A DNA stretch of 64,000 nucleotides from Devosia sp. (GCA_041916675.1 JAYRZB010000005.1:121789-185788); one strand, 5' to 3'. Counted from the stretch's first letter, positions 1-9,031 are shown. A program made the numbers and translations. Notes: generated by a model not told the origin, from the sequence alone.

Positions 1-1246
1 GGAAGCGGTTGTGACCGTCGGTGACGTGGCGCACGATCTCGAACGCCATCTGGGGAATGTTCACCTGCGTATGCGGGCTCTGATAAGCAGCCTGCACGGC
101 ACGCAGGCCGGGGGCGAGCTCGGTCCTGGCGGCGGGCACGATTCCGGTATTGGCCTGTGGCGCAGTCGGAGCCGGGTCGGCGGCGGCATCGGCCTGGGCC
201 AGCGTGGGGGCTGCGGTGTCGGCGCGCTGGCGCATGGGCTCGGCGGCCGGCTTGTCGGTTTCGGGCCGGGCGGTGGCCGGAGTGGCGCGCAGCACGATTT
301 CGGGCTCTTCGAGCACCGGCTCGTCGGGCTTTGCCTCAGCCTTGACCGGCGCAATCACCTCGGGCGTATCAAGCGTTGGCGCTGCAAAGGGCTGAGCCGG
401 GGCCACCGGCTTATCGGGCGCCTTGCCGGCTAGGAGTGTTGTCAGGGCAGCGTCGGCGTCGCCCGATGTCAGGTTCAGGGCGGCATCGAAGCCGAGCTTG
501 GTCAACACCTCGGCGTTGGCCCGCGCGGCCTGCAGGTTTTCGGCAAGGGTCTTGAGGCGGGCCGACAGTTCCGTTTCGCTGGCGCCAAGCGCCTTGGCCA
601 GGTCGGCCAGCTTCTGGGTCAGGGCATCGAGTTCATTGGCGGGCGGGGCGGCCGCGGCCGCATCGCCGCCGCTGCCGGCTGGGGCTGTGCCGAGGAGCGC
701 TGCCAGCCGGGCGCTGAGCTCGGCGCCATCGCCGCCCTCGGGGCCAAAGCTGTTGACCGGCATGCCCATGAGTTGGGCCAGGGCCTCGAGACCGTCATTG
801 ACCTGTTGGGTGAGGGCGGGATCGGGCGTTTCGCCCCGCGCCAGAACCTGCTGCAGCGCGCTGAGGGCGTCGATGATGCCAGCGAGCAGATCTGCCGGAT
901 CGGTCTTGTCCCCATCAGCCTCCACGGCATCGGTGGTTTCGGTTTCAAAGGCGGGCAGGGCGGCAAGGGTCAGGTCGCCCGGGTTTTCGGCAAAGTTTTC
1001 GGCGCTTGCGTCCGTCGTGCCGGGCACAAGGCCTGCCAGTTGACCGAGCATGGCCTGATAAGCCGCGAGATCGGTTTGTGCTTCACCGACGGCAAATTGG
1101 GGTGCAGGTTCGGCAGCAAAGGCCGATTTCAGCACCATACCCTCGGGTGCGCCGGCATTGGCGGCAAAGCCCATCAGAGTAGCAAAGGCGTCGCCGGTCG
1201 ACTGGTCCGCGCCCGGCTGGCTGCCCGGCACGATGGGGGCGGGCAT
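1..1246 (-). CDS. fliK: flagellar hook-length control protein FliK/MotD-like (N-terminal part; gene runs off the window start)
   Basis: Absent from the ORF track because it has no stop inside the window. My own minus-strand translation from ATG 1246 (alternative GTG 1282) gives an uninterrupted Ala/Pro/Asp-rich, high-GC3 frame. It ends ...NIPQMAFEIVRHVTDGHNRF at base 2, matching the start of the conserved FliK C-terminal Flg_hook domain (pattern A.EI.R....G..RF.IRLDPPELG). Plus-strand ORFs 423..1043 and 773..1276 look like antisense shadows. Confidence 0.55.
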   Translation of the reverse strand, partial: MPAPIVPGSQPGADQSTGDAFATLMGFAANAGAPEGMVLKSAFAAEPAPQFAVGEAQTDLAAYQAMLGQLAGLVPGTTDASAENFAENPGDLTLAALPAFETETTDAVEADGDKTDPADLLAGIIDALSALQQVLARGETPDPALTQQVNDGLEALAQLMGMPVNSFGPEGGDGAELSARLAALLGTAPAGSGGDAAAAAPPANELDALTQKLADLAKALGASETELSARLKTLAENLQAARANAEVLTKLGFDAALNLTSGDADAALTTLLAGKAPDKPVAPAQPFAAPTLDTPEVIAPVKAEAKPDEPVLEEPEIVLRATPATARPETDKPAAEPMRQRADTAAPTLAQADAAADPAPTAPQANTGIVPAARTELAPGLRAVQAAYQSPHTQVNIPQMAFEIVRHVTDGHNRF

Positions 1247-1546
1247 GGCTTGCGGGCTGATGGCGGTAAAGTTTGAGCTCACGGGCGGAACGGCCTTTAC
1301 TGAATACAATAATCCATCCCCAGCAATGCAATCTCGGTGCCAACTGCGGGGGCGACAGAAACGTTAGGATTGGCAAGGGTTTGGCGGATTCATTCGAGGT
1401 TACTCGTCCGGCAACAGTTCCAAAGCGCGGGGCAGAAAGCGCCGCCGACCGGCAAAAGCTGCCGGGTGCAGCCCGGCTTGCCGCAGGAGCGGAAAAGGCG
1501 TAAATCGGCGCCTTCCGCTGGCCCTTGAACCCAACCGGACACAAAG

Positions 1547-2698
1547 ATGGACCTGAACTCGCTTGATATCGCCAAGCGCCCCGAAGACACGCGCGTTGTT
1601 GTCGCGATGTCTGGGGGCGTTGATTCCTCGGTTGTTGCCGGGCTGCTGGCCCGCGAAGGCTATGATGTTGTGGGGGTAACCCTGCAGCTTTACGACCACG
1701 GCGAGGCCACCCACCGCAAAGGCGCGTGCTGCGCTGGTCAGGACATCCACGATGCCCGCCGCGTGGCGGCAGCGCTCAACATTCCGCACTATGTGCTCGA
1801 CTACGAAGAGCGCTTCAAGAACGCGGTGATGCGCCCGTTCGCCAATGCCTATCAGCAGGGTGAAACGCCGGTGCCGTGCATTGCCTGCAACCAGAGCGTG
1901 AAGTTTGTCGACCTGATGGAGGTGGCCCGCGACCTGGGCGCCGATGTGCTGGCCACCGGGCACTATGTGCAGTCGCGGCTCGAAGATGGGCGGCGCCGTC
2001 TCTACCGCCCGGTCGATTCCAATCGCGACCAGACCTATTTCCTGTTTGCCACCACCGAAGAACAGCTCGATTTCCTGCGTTTTCCGCTCGGGGGCATGAG
2101 CAAGGACGAAGTGCGCGAGCACGCGCGCTCCATGGGGCTCGAGATTGCCGAAAAGCACGACAGCCAGGACATCTGCTTTGTGCCGCAGGGCAAATATGCC
2201 GATGTGATCCGCAAGATGTATCCCGAGGCCATGGCCGGCGGGCAGATTGTGCATCTCGATGGAAGGGTGCTGGGCCACCATGATGGCATCGTCAACTATA
2301 CCGTCGGGCAGCGCCGTGGATTGGGGATCGCTTCGGCCGAGCCGCTTTATGTGATCAAGCTCGACCACAAGACCGGGCGGGTGATTGTGGGGCCGCGCGA
2401 GGCGCTGATGACGCGCACGGTGCGCCTGCGCGACGTCAACTGGCTGGGCGCAGAAAAGCTCGAGGCGCTGGCCGGGGGCAATGGCATGGCGCTCGAGGTC
2501 AAGGTGCGTTCGACCCGCGCCCCGCAGCAGGCCGCGATTGCCATGGTTGACGGGCAGGTGCTGGTGACCCTGTTTGACGGGGAATATGGCATTTCACCCG
2601 GGCAGGCCTGCGTGTTCTACGCCGATGACAGCCCGACCTCGGAAGTGCTTGGTGGCGGATTTATCGCCGAAGCGGTGCCGACGGCGCTGGTGGCTTAA
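1547..2698 (+). CDS. mnmA: tRNA 2-thiouridine(34) synthase MnmA
   Basis: 383 aa. N-terminal PP-loop [19 protein letters not shown] and PCIACN motifs. Full-length resemblance to MnmA/TrmU. Confidence 0.95.
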   Translation: MDLNSLDIAKRPEDTRVVVAMSGGVDSSVVAGLLAREGYDVVGVTLQLYDHGEATHRKGACCAGQDIHDARRVAAALNIPHYVLDYEERFKNAVMRPFANAYQQGETPVPCIACNQSVKFVDLMEVARDLGADVLATGHYVQSRLEDGRRRLYRPVDSNRDQTYFLFATTEEQLDFLRFPLGGMSKDEVREHARSMGLEIAEKHDSQDICFVPQGKYADVIRKMYPEAMAGGQIVHLDGRVLGHHDGIVNYTVGQRRGLGIASAEPLYVIKLDHKTGRVIVGPREALMTRTVRLRDVNWLGAEKLEALAGGNGMALEVKVRSTRAPQQAAIAMVDGQVLVTLFDGEYGISPGQACVFYADDSPTSEVLGGGFIAEAVPTALVA

Positions 2699-2874
2699 GG
2701 GCTGACTGGTGCAGCCGTGCCATCGGTGGGGCGCGCCACTTCCTTGACGGCCTGATAGCCGCTGAGGCCGCCAAAGATCGAGGCGAATATTGTCGCCAGC
2801 GCCAGAAGGATGAAAAACAACAGCAGCAGGCGCGAGCGCGTCAGCTTGAAGGGGCTCAGTTTTTCCTCGGTCAT
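2695..2874 (-). CDS. small single-pass membrane protein (hypothetical)
   Basis: Internal ATG 2874 of ORF 2695..2964 is preceded by GGAGA about 7 nt upstream. The product is [36 protein letters not shown]..., with one clear TM helix. The longer 89-aa version lacks an RBS. Confidence 0.45.
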   Translation of the reverse strand: MTEEKLSPFKLTRSRLLLLFFILLALATIFASIFGGLSGYQAVKEVARPTDGTAAPVSP

Positions 2875-3026
2875 GGCGGTCTCCGGCAATGGAGTTGATG
2901 TACGCCGAAGGGCCGGTGCTGTCACCGGAGCAAATTTTCTGCGAATCTCACCCAAGGATTGCATCGGCAGCAGCGTCCAAGCTTTAGTGACGGCCCTGAG
3001 TCTGTCGAGGTGGTCTGATCCGCGCC

Positions 3027-3572
3027 ATGCCGCAAGCCTTTGTTGATGAGAGTGGGGTGGCGCCCGAAAGCCTGGTGCTGCTCGCCCAGCGCGGGGACAG
3101 GGCAGCGTTTGCCGAACTGATCGGCCAGCACTACGACCTGATCTACCGCACGGCCTATAAATGGTCGGGCAACCGCAGCGATGCCGAAGACATTGCCCAG
3201 GATGTCTGCGTCAAACTGGGCAGCGTTCTGGGATCGTTTGACAACCGCTCGGCGTTTTCGAGCTGGCTCTACCGCATCACGCTGAATGCGGTGCGCGACA
3301 TGCAAAGGGCGCGCACGCGGCGCGGCAGGCATGTGGATGCGCTGGCCCAGGTGAGCCCGGAAGACTATCCGCCCGACCAGGAGGATGCGACCGCGGCCCG
3401 CGAACTCTGGGCTGCCGTGCGCGCCCTGCCCGAAAAGCAGCGCGATGCGGTGCTGCTGATTTATGTCGAGGACCTCAACCACGCCGCGGCCGCCGACATC
3501 ATGGGGTGCAAGGAAACCACCGTCTCCTGGCACATTCACGAAGCAAAAAAGACCCTGAGGGGACTTTTATGA
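3027..3572 (+). CDS. ECF-type RNA polymerase sigma-70 factor
   Basis: 181 aa. Region 2 (DAEDIAQDVCVKL, SWLYRITLNAVRD) and region 4 HTH (LPEKQRDAVLLIYVEDLNHAAAADIMGCKETTVSWHIHEAKKTL). Confidence 0.9.
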   Translation: MPQAFVDESGVAPESLVLLAQRGDRAAFAELIGQHYDLIYRTAYKWSGNRSDAEDIAQDVCVKLGSVLGSFDNRSAFSSWLYRITLNAVRDMQRARTRRGRHVDALAQVSPEDYPPDQEDATAARELWAAVRALPEKQRDAVLLIYVEDLNHAAAADIMGCKETTVSWHIHEAKKTLRGLL

Positions 3573-5743
3573 GCAATGACATGCAGAATGATCCGCTGAG
3601 CCGCCTGAAATCGGCCCCCGTGCCACCCGCCTCCCCCAGCGCGCGCGAGCGGGCGCTGGCCGCGAGCCTTGTGGCGTTTGATGCCGCACAGAACGCGGAT
3701 GCGAAAAAAACTTTGTCCCCGGCCCAAGGATCGGGCTGGCTCAACCGTCTCAAGTCCATGATCAACCCCAAGGAAGGGATCTGGACCATGGACATGCGTA
3801 TTCCTCTCGGCACTGCCGCCGTTGCCCTGCTGCTGCTGCCGCTCGGCTATCAGCTCTATAGTTCCACCGCGATTACGCCGGTGAGCACTGGAACCAACGA
3901 ACTGACCGTTGTGACGGAGAACCAGCCGGTGCCACCGGTCGATGCGGCAAAATCGGAAGCGGTGGTGGACGAGAAAGACACCGAAATCCAGATGCTGCAG
4001 CCCCGCTTTGACCCCAACCTGATTGATGGGGTTGAAAAGCCCGATGGTGCGGCCGGGACCATGGTGATGGCCGAGGAAAGCGCGCCGGTGGAAGCCCAGT
4101 CGATGGCGCTGGCGGTGGGCACCGTGGACCAGCCTGCCATTGTGAATGGCGATATGGAGCCGATGGCGCCCATGACCATGGCCGCCCCGCAGACCCAGGC
4201 GCGCACGATGGTGGGCTCCGGGGAGGGCGGTATGATCATTGCCCCGGATGCGGGCGGCATGATTGTCACCCCCGACCCGAGCGGCGATGAATTCACCGAA
4301 TTTGTCGAATCCCCGCTCAAGGTGGTCAAAGAGGAGCCGGTTTCCACCTTCTCGATCGATGTGGATACCGCGTCTTATTCCTATGTGCGGCGCTCGCTGG
4401 TCGATGGCTATCTGCCCGATGCCGACGCGGTGCGCATCGAGGAGATGATCAATTATTTCTCCTATGATTATCAGGCGCCCGACAGCGCCGAGACCCCGTT
4501 CTCGCAGAACGTGACTGTCTTCCCCACGCCCTGGAACCCGAAAACCCAGATCATCCAGATCGGCATCAAGGGCTATGTGCCGCCCGCTGCCGAGCGCAAG
4601 CCGGCCAACCTGGTTTTTCTCATCGATACGTCGGGCTCGATGGATGAGCCGGACAAGCTGCCCCTGCTCAAGCGCTCGTTCGGGCTGCTGGTCGATACGC
4701 TTTCGGCCAATGACACGGTTTCGATCGTTGCCTATGCCGGTTCGGCCGGCACGGTGCTGAACCCGACCAAGGCCAAGGACAAGGCGCAGATTCTGGCAGC
4801 GCTCGATAACCTTGCCGCAGGCGGTTCGACCGCAGGTGCCGAAGGGATCACGCTGGCCTATCAGCTGGCCGAGCAGAACAAGGTTGCCGATGGGGTGAAC
4901 CGGGTGATCCTGGCCACCGATGGCGATTTCAACGTCGGCATCGATGATCCCGAAGACCTGGTCGATTTCATCAAGACCAAGCGCGATGGCGGGGTGTTCC
5001 TGTCGGTGCTCGGCTTTGGCCGCGGCAATCTCGACGATGCCACCATGCAGGCCCTGGCCCAGAACGGGAACGGCAACGCCGCCTATATCGACACCTTCCG
5101 CGAGGCGCAGAAGGTGCTGGTTGAACAGGGCGGAGCGAACCTGCAGACCATTGCCAAGGATGTGAAGATCCAGGTCGAGTTCAACCCGGCCTTTGTCTCC
5201 GAATATCGTCTGATCGGGTATGAAACCCGGGCGCTCAACCGCGAAGATTTCAACAACGACAAGGTCGATGCCGGTGAAATCGGGGCCGGGCATACCGTGA
5301 CCGCGCTCTATGAAATCACCCCGGTCGGCTCGGGTGCCGAACTGGTCGATCCCCTGCGCTATGGCAGCGACACGGCGGCCGATGGCACGGTGGCCCCTGT
5401 GGGCGGTGAACTGGCGTTCCTCAAGCTGCGCTATAAAGCGCCCGAGGGCGATGTGTCCAAACTCATCGAGATGCCGATTGCCGCCGACAGTGCTTTGGCC
5501 GACATCGCCAGGGCATCCGACGATGCCCGCTGGGCCACCGCGGTTGCGGCCTTTTCGCAAAAGCTCAAGGGCTCGAACTACGGCGGCACCATGACCTGGG
5601 ACCAGATCCGCGATCTGGCGCAGGGCGCACGCGGCAGCGATGAAAGCGGCTATCGCGCCGAGTTCATCCAGCTGATCAACTCGGCCGCCAGCATCAGCCC
5701 CGATCAGGCGTTCGACCCGGCCGGCGCCGCGCTGCCCGAGTAA
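3569..5743 (+). CDS. membrane-anchored von Willebrand factor type A protein (YfbK/DUF3520-like), putative anti-sigma partner
   Basis: ATG 3569 overlaps the sigma stop (ATGA). Short cytoplasmic N-terminus, one TM (LGTAAVALLLLPLGYQLY), Pro/Ala/Met-rich linker. Then the YfbK-type block FSIDVDTASYSYVRR...INYFSYDY, the MIDAS motif LIDTSGSM, and GGSTAG..ATDGDFNVG. Confidence 0.85.
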   Translation: MSNDMQNDPLSRLKSAPVPPASPSARERALAASLVAFDAAQNADAKKTLSPAQGSGWLNRLKSMINPKEGIWTMDMRIPLGTAAVALLLLPLGYQLYSSTAITPVSTGTNELTVVTENQPVPPVDAAKSEAVVDEKDTEIQMLQPRFDPNLIDGVEKPDGAAGTMVMAEESAPVEAQSMALAVGTVDQPAIVNGDMEPMAPMTMAAPQTQARTMVGSGEGGMIIAPDAGGMIVTPDPSGDEFTEFVESPLKVVKEEPVSTFSIDVDTASYSYVRRSLVDGYLPDADAVRIEEMINYFSYDYQAPDSAETPFSQNVTVFPTPWNPKTQIIQIGIKGYVPPAAERKPANLVFLIDTSGSMDEPDKLPLLKRSFGLLVDTLSANDTVSIVAYAGSAGTVLNPTKAKDKAQILAALDNLAAGGSTAGAEGITLAYQLAEQNKVADGVNRVILATDGDFNVGIDDPEDLVDFIKTKRDGGVFLSVLGFGRGNLDDATMQALAQNGNGNAAYIDTFREAQKVLVEQGGANLQTIAKDVKIQVEFNPAFVSEYRLIGYETRALNREDFNNDKVDAGEIGAGHTVTALYEITPVGSGAELVDPLRYGSDTAADGTVAPVGGELAFLKLRYKAPEGDVSKLIEMPIAADSALADIARASDDARWATAVAAFSQKLKGSNYGGTMTWDQIRDLAQGARGSDESGYRAEFIQLINSAASISPDQAFDPAGAALPE

Positions 5744-5753
5744 GCGAACACAA

Positions 5754-5786
5754 GGGCCGGAGCCAGCGCTCCGGCCCTCCGGTTTT
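5754..5786 (+). terminator. Rho-independent terminator after the vWA gene
   Basis: GGGCCGGAG-ccagcg-CTCCGGCCC perfect 9-bp stem followed by tccggtttt. Confidence 0.6.
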
Positions 5787-5811
5787 CAAGCGCAAGGGGC
5801 GCGCGTTCTGC

Positions 5812-5840
5812 TTGACACTGCCAACGGGCAAACCTAATAA
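5812..5840 (+). promoter_or_regulatory. sigma-70-like promoter for the tRNA gene
   Basis: TTGACA (5812-5817), 17-nt spacer, TAATAA (5835-5840). Lies about 50 nt upstream of the tRNA 5' end. Confidence 0.45.
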
Positions 5841-5888
5841 GCACCGGCGCATCCCAGCGCCACGGCGGCCCATGGCCCAGCCCTTCGG

Positions 5889-5965
5889 GGCGGAGTAGCT
5901 CAGTTGGTTAGAGCAGCGGAATCATAATCCGTGTGTCGGGGGTTCAAATCCCTCCTCCGCTACCA
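5889..5965 (+). tRNA. tRNA-Met (anticodon CAT), elongator type; a lysidine-modified tRNA-Ile2 cannot be excluded
   Basis: Hand-folded cloverleaf. Acceptor GGCGGAG/CTCCGCT, D arm GCTC-AGTTGGTTA-GAGC, anticodon stem GCGGA/TCCGT with loop ATCATAA, T arm GGGGG-TTCAAAT-CCCTC, encoded CCA. No C1:A72 mismatch and no GGG/CCC anticodon stem, so it is not an initiator. Confidence 0.9.
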
Positions 5966-6325
5966 AATTTTCCATTTCCCCTCAAATTTGCGGGTGCATG
6001 TGATTTATGCGTGTAGATGTCGCATGAACTCGGGTTCGTTTGCAGCAAACGCGGGTTTGATCATTCCGCAGCTTGCTCGTCCCGCTGTTTCTGCGCCATC
6101 ACCGCGAAAAATGGCCCGCGACCGGCAGAAAGCCAGGTGCGACGCGAGCGTCACAGAAGGATTCAGGATACAGGCTATCCGGGGGGAGGGGGCTGGTTTC
6201 ACTGAAATGCTGGGCGCTGCAGTGTATGGATGGCGTGTTTAGGGCCTTTACTCAACATCGGCGCTCCATTACGCGCGATGGAGTGGAGCCAATGGCGGCG
6301 AGCGCTTAGCGGACTGCGGGGGCAT

Positions 6326-6727
6326 ATGGAAATGTGGAAGTGGTTGACGCGCATTGTCGTTGTCGTGCTGGTCGCAGGCGGCGGATATGCTGCCTACGAT
6401 TATTTCATGGCAGGCTTTCACACGAGACCGGAGATGCCGGAAGGCGCATTCTCGATTTCATACAAGAATGGTCTGCGGGCCATCCTCATCGATGTCCCCA
6501 ACGAACAAGAAACTCGGCGCTACTTCGGCTTCCCCCAGGATGTTCCGTTCTACGTCAAGGACGCGTGGTCGCTTTGTCATCCGCCCACGGATGAAGAAGC
6601 GCCAGAAGTCGCCCGCTTTTTGCAGGATCGCAACATGCCCGGCGAGCGATTTGAGGCGGTGTGCAAGGTGACGGTGGACGATGATGTTGTCTTGCGAGGG
6701 CTCATAACGTCCGTCCCGAAACTTTAG
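6326..6727 (+). CDS. hypothetical membrane-anchored protein
   Basis: Internal ATG of ORF 6230..6727. N-terminal TM WLTRIVVVVLVAGGGYAAYDYF followed by a soluble domain. No family recognised. Confidence 0.45.
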   Translation: MEMWKWLTRIVVVVLVAGGGYAAYDYFMAGFHTRPEMPEGAFSISYKNGLRAILIDVPNEQETRRYFGFPQDVPFYVKDAWSLCHPPTDEEAPEVARFLQDRNMPGERFEAVCKVTVDDDVVLRGLITSVPKL

Positions 6728-6795
6728 CAGGCGGCTCGCAGATGGCCCGTAGACTGCCTAGCGACAAGGGAAAGCACCGGGCAAATCAGTGGAGG

Positions 6796-7293
6796 TCAAG
6801 CTGTTGCGCCGAGGACGAAACGGGCGCGCTCTCGCCGCAACATTTCATACGGACTGATGCAGGGCACGGTGAGGCCAATACAGGCATTCGGAATCTTGAT
6901 CTTCCGAACCGTCTCGGCAGGAACCTCGTGAGTGACCACCGTGAAGTTATGGGCCAGGGCGTGCGACACCAGCCAGTAGTCAGCGACTTGCAGGAACGTC
7001 GCAATTGCCGCCGGTTCATAATTTTGGCTCGTGGCCCACGTGCTCACGCGCGTCAGAGCTGGCAGAACAGGGTCGTCGGGGGGCAGAAAGAATCCAGCTC
7101 CCCGCGCCGTGGCCCAGACGGACAGGTCATCGCCCCCCGCCTGCAATTCGTCGCCAACCTTGTCGATGCTCGCAACCGTCCCCGCACCGTTCTGCTGCAC
7201 CAGCCAATCCCAGAATGCGGGACAGAAATCGAACCCATAGTGCAGGTTCTTGGCCTGGATGAAAATGTTGGTATCGAGCAGGTAGCGCGTCAT
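6796..7293 (-). CDS. DUF4411 family PIN-like nuclease-fold protein (putative toxin/effector)
   Basis: 165 aa. MTRYLLDTNIFIQAKNLHYGFDFCPAFWDWL... and ...VVTHEVPAETVRKIKIPNAC match my recollection of the DUF4411 signature. The start overlaps the upstream gene's stop by 4 nt. Confidence 0.8.
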   Translation of the reverse strand: MTRYLLDTNIFIQAKNLHYGFDFCPAFWDWLVQQNGAGTVASIDKVGDELQAGGDDLSVWATARGAGFFLPPDDPVLPALTRVSTWATSQNYEPAAIATFLQVADYWLVSHALAHNFTVVTHEVPAETVRKIKIPNACIGLTVPCISPYEMLRRERARFVLGATA

Positions 7294-8444
7294 AGCAAGA
7301 CTCCGACTTCCCTGCCGATATTGTTGAAGGTTTCGGTCTTGGCGACGCCAAGCATTCGGAATGCATCGCGATACAGCGTCTGGCCCTCCAGCGTGCTCTC
7401 AACAAGAGCCCGCGCAAACCTTCGGCTCACCCGCGAAAGCGTCGTCCGGTAAAAATCGCCGCCGCCTGCATCCCCTTCGGCGGCCTCCCGAAGTCGCGCC
7501 CTCTCCATCGCCCACGCAGCATCGAACGCCGCGCGGTCGAGCCAGCGCGCATCCAGAAGCCGGCGAAGAATGACAAGGGTGCTCACCTTGAACACGCGCG
7601 CCAGTCTGGGCAGCGCGAAGGTCAGCGCCTCGTTCTCTCGCAGCTCTGGCCGCAACCGTGCAAGCGGCACCAGCAATTCCGCCGCCACTGCGTTGCACCA
7701 GACTTCTTCTCGCCTGTAGCCGTTGAGTGGCGCGGCACTGGCATTCGACACCGCCGAGCTTCCAAGCCACAGATGAGCAAGCTCGTGGGCCAGCGTAAAC
7801 ATCTGGCCGGACTTCGTATCTGTCCCATTGATAAAGACCAGCGGCGCGCGGCTGTCCGCGAGCGCGAAGCCACGAAACTCATCAACATCCAGCCTGCGCC
7901 GGTTGTTGCTGAGGACAACGCCGCTGACCATGACCAGCACGCCAATTCGGTCGGCTTGCCCAATGAACATCCGGAGCGCTTCTTCCCAAGTAAGGGATGC
8001 TGCGCGTGCGTTGGTATCGAACCCTAGCGTTGCCGCCATTCTCCCGGCAACTGTCTCGGGCGCTTCCGCAAGCGTGACGCTGCCAACAAACTCCAGCTCC
8101 CGTTGGCGTGTTGTCTGGGCAAACTCCCGATACCATCCCTGTCGCTCCTGGCACGCATAGAGCATGTCCAGCAAATCGGGGCTGGCACGTCGTACGCCCC
8201 TCCCGTCCACTGTTCGGAAGTCGGGAATAGGCAAGGGCTCGTCTGGCGGTTCAGGCAAAAAAAGATAGCCGATCGGGACGCGCACAGCCCGCGCAAAGTC
8301 GTCCAATTGTTTGAGCGTCGGCAGCTTGTCGCCAGCTTCCCATTCCCCCAGCTTGGGAAAGCGCGCCTCAAGCTCCGCAGGCTCCATCCTTGCGCGCTCT
8401 CGCGCCCATGTCATCATTGCGGGGCTTACAGCGGCGCGGGTCAT
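7290..8444 (-). CDS. XRE-type HTH fused to an ImmA/IrrE (M78) zinc metallopeptidase
   Basis: 384 aa. N-terminal HTH region (LPTLKQLDDFARAVRVPIGYLF), HEXXH motif HELAHLWLG, long C-terminal extension. Known genomic partner of DUF4411. Confidence 0.85.
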   Translation of the reverse strand: MTRAAVSPAMMTWARERARMEPAELEARFPKLGEWEAGDKLPTLKQLDDFARAVRVPIGYLFLPEPPDEPLPIPDFRTVDGRGVRRASPDLLDMLYACQERQGWYREFAQTTRQRELEFVGSVTLAEAPETVAGRMAATLGFDTNARAASLTWEEALRMFIGQADRIGVLVMVSGVVLSNNRRRLDVDEFRGFALADSRAPLVFINGTDTKSGQMFTLAHELAHLWLGSSAVSNASAAPLNGYRREEVWCNAVAAELLVPLARLRPELRENEALTFALPRLARVFKVSTLVILRRLLDARWLDRAAFDAAWAMERARLREAAEGDAGGGDFYRTTLSRVSRRFARALVESTLEGQTLYRDAFRMLGVAKTETFNNIGREVGVLL

Positions 8445-8779
8445 GTGCCTCGCCCCGCACGCTGTTTCGAGATGGTCGCAAACCCAAGAAACCGCTCGAC
8501 CTTGATTTTGGCGGCGCGTTTACGGGCCTGGGCAATGTCGTAGCTGTTCTGCATGCGCATGAGCGTTTCGAGGGAAAACCCAAATGCCTTCTCAATCCGC
8601 AGCGCCATGTCAGCGGATAAGTGCGTGTGCTCATTCAGGAATGCGGACAGTCCCGGTCGGGTCACACCAAGCACCTTGGCCGCCTCTGTCACCGTCAGCC
8701 CATGTGCCTCGATGATTTCTGCGCGAACGAAAGCGCCCGGGTGAACAGGCGCCGCCGTTATGTTTTGTACGGTTGTCAA
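8441..8779 (-). CDS. higA: HigA-family (VapI-like) HTH antitoxin/transcriptional regulator
   Basis: PVHPGAFVRAEIIEAHGLTVTEAAKVLGVTRPGLSAFLNEHTHLSADMALRIEKAFG is the typical HigA core. I prefer TTG 8779, preceded by GGAGG 6 nt upstream, over the track start at 8830. The stop overlaps the next gene's start by 4 nt. Confidence 0.75.
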   Translation of the reverse strand: MTTVQNITAAPVHPGAFVRAEIIEAHGLTVTEAAKVLGVTRPGLSAFLNEHTHLSADMALRIEKAFGFSLETLMRMQNSYDIAQARKRAAKIKVERFLGFATISKQRAGRGT

Positions 8780-9031
8780 CCCGTCCTCCAAGCTCCGTAA
8801 AGCATAGCAGACCCGAATTCTGCCCGTCAAACGTCAAGTGACGGTTTACATTTCGAACGACGAGAACATCAGGCAATCCGGTGCTTTGGGGCACTCCCAC
8901 CAGAATAGAAATCTCCGCCCGCTCCGTGGGGGTTATTGGCTGCATTGGATCTCCGCTACCAGAATTTCTTCCAATGAACTCCTCGCAACGATCCGCTCGG
9001 GTCTTTGGATTTCCGGCCTCCCCCGTACGTC

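Noticed and set aside
3536-5560. Very long ORFs antisense to confidently assigned genes. Examples: 3536..5560(-), 1400..2368(-), 18670..19635(-), 22038..23411(+), 30188..31738(-), 37533..38453(-), 42471..44051(+), 60389..61543(-), 26922..27764(+).
   Set aside because: These are typical high-GC shadow ORFs. They are Arg/Gly/His-rich low-complexity translations with no recognisable motifs. In each case the opposite strand encodes a full-length protein with clear family signatures.
5889-5965. Initiator tRNA-fMet identity for the CAT-anticodon tRNA.
   Set aside because: Position 1:72 is a G-U pair rather than the C-A mismatch, and the anticodon stem lacks the three consecutive G-C pairs of initiators. 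Elongator Met is favoured. Ile2 (lysidine) identity cannot be excluded from the sequence alone.
5966-6325. Integrase or attachment-site repeat next to tRNA-Met.
   Set aside because: No ORF with recombinase motifs on either strand. I found no repeat of the tRNA 3' end (..GGTTCAAATCCCTCCTCCGCTACCA) further downstream.
8780-9031. Possible HigB-type toxin gene upstream of the HigA-like gene (ORF 8631..8945, segment VVRNVNRHLTFDGQ vaguely like the HigB C-terminus WRICFRFEDG).
   Set aside because: The frame has no stop before running about 150 nt into higA. It lacks the terminal DYH-type motif, and the similarity is too weak to call. At best it is a decayed remnant. A profile search (Pfam HigB-like toxin) with frameshift-tolerant alignment would settle it.
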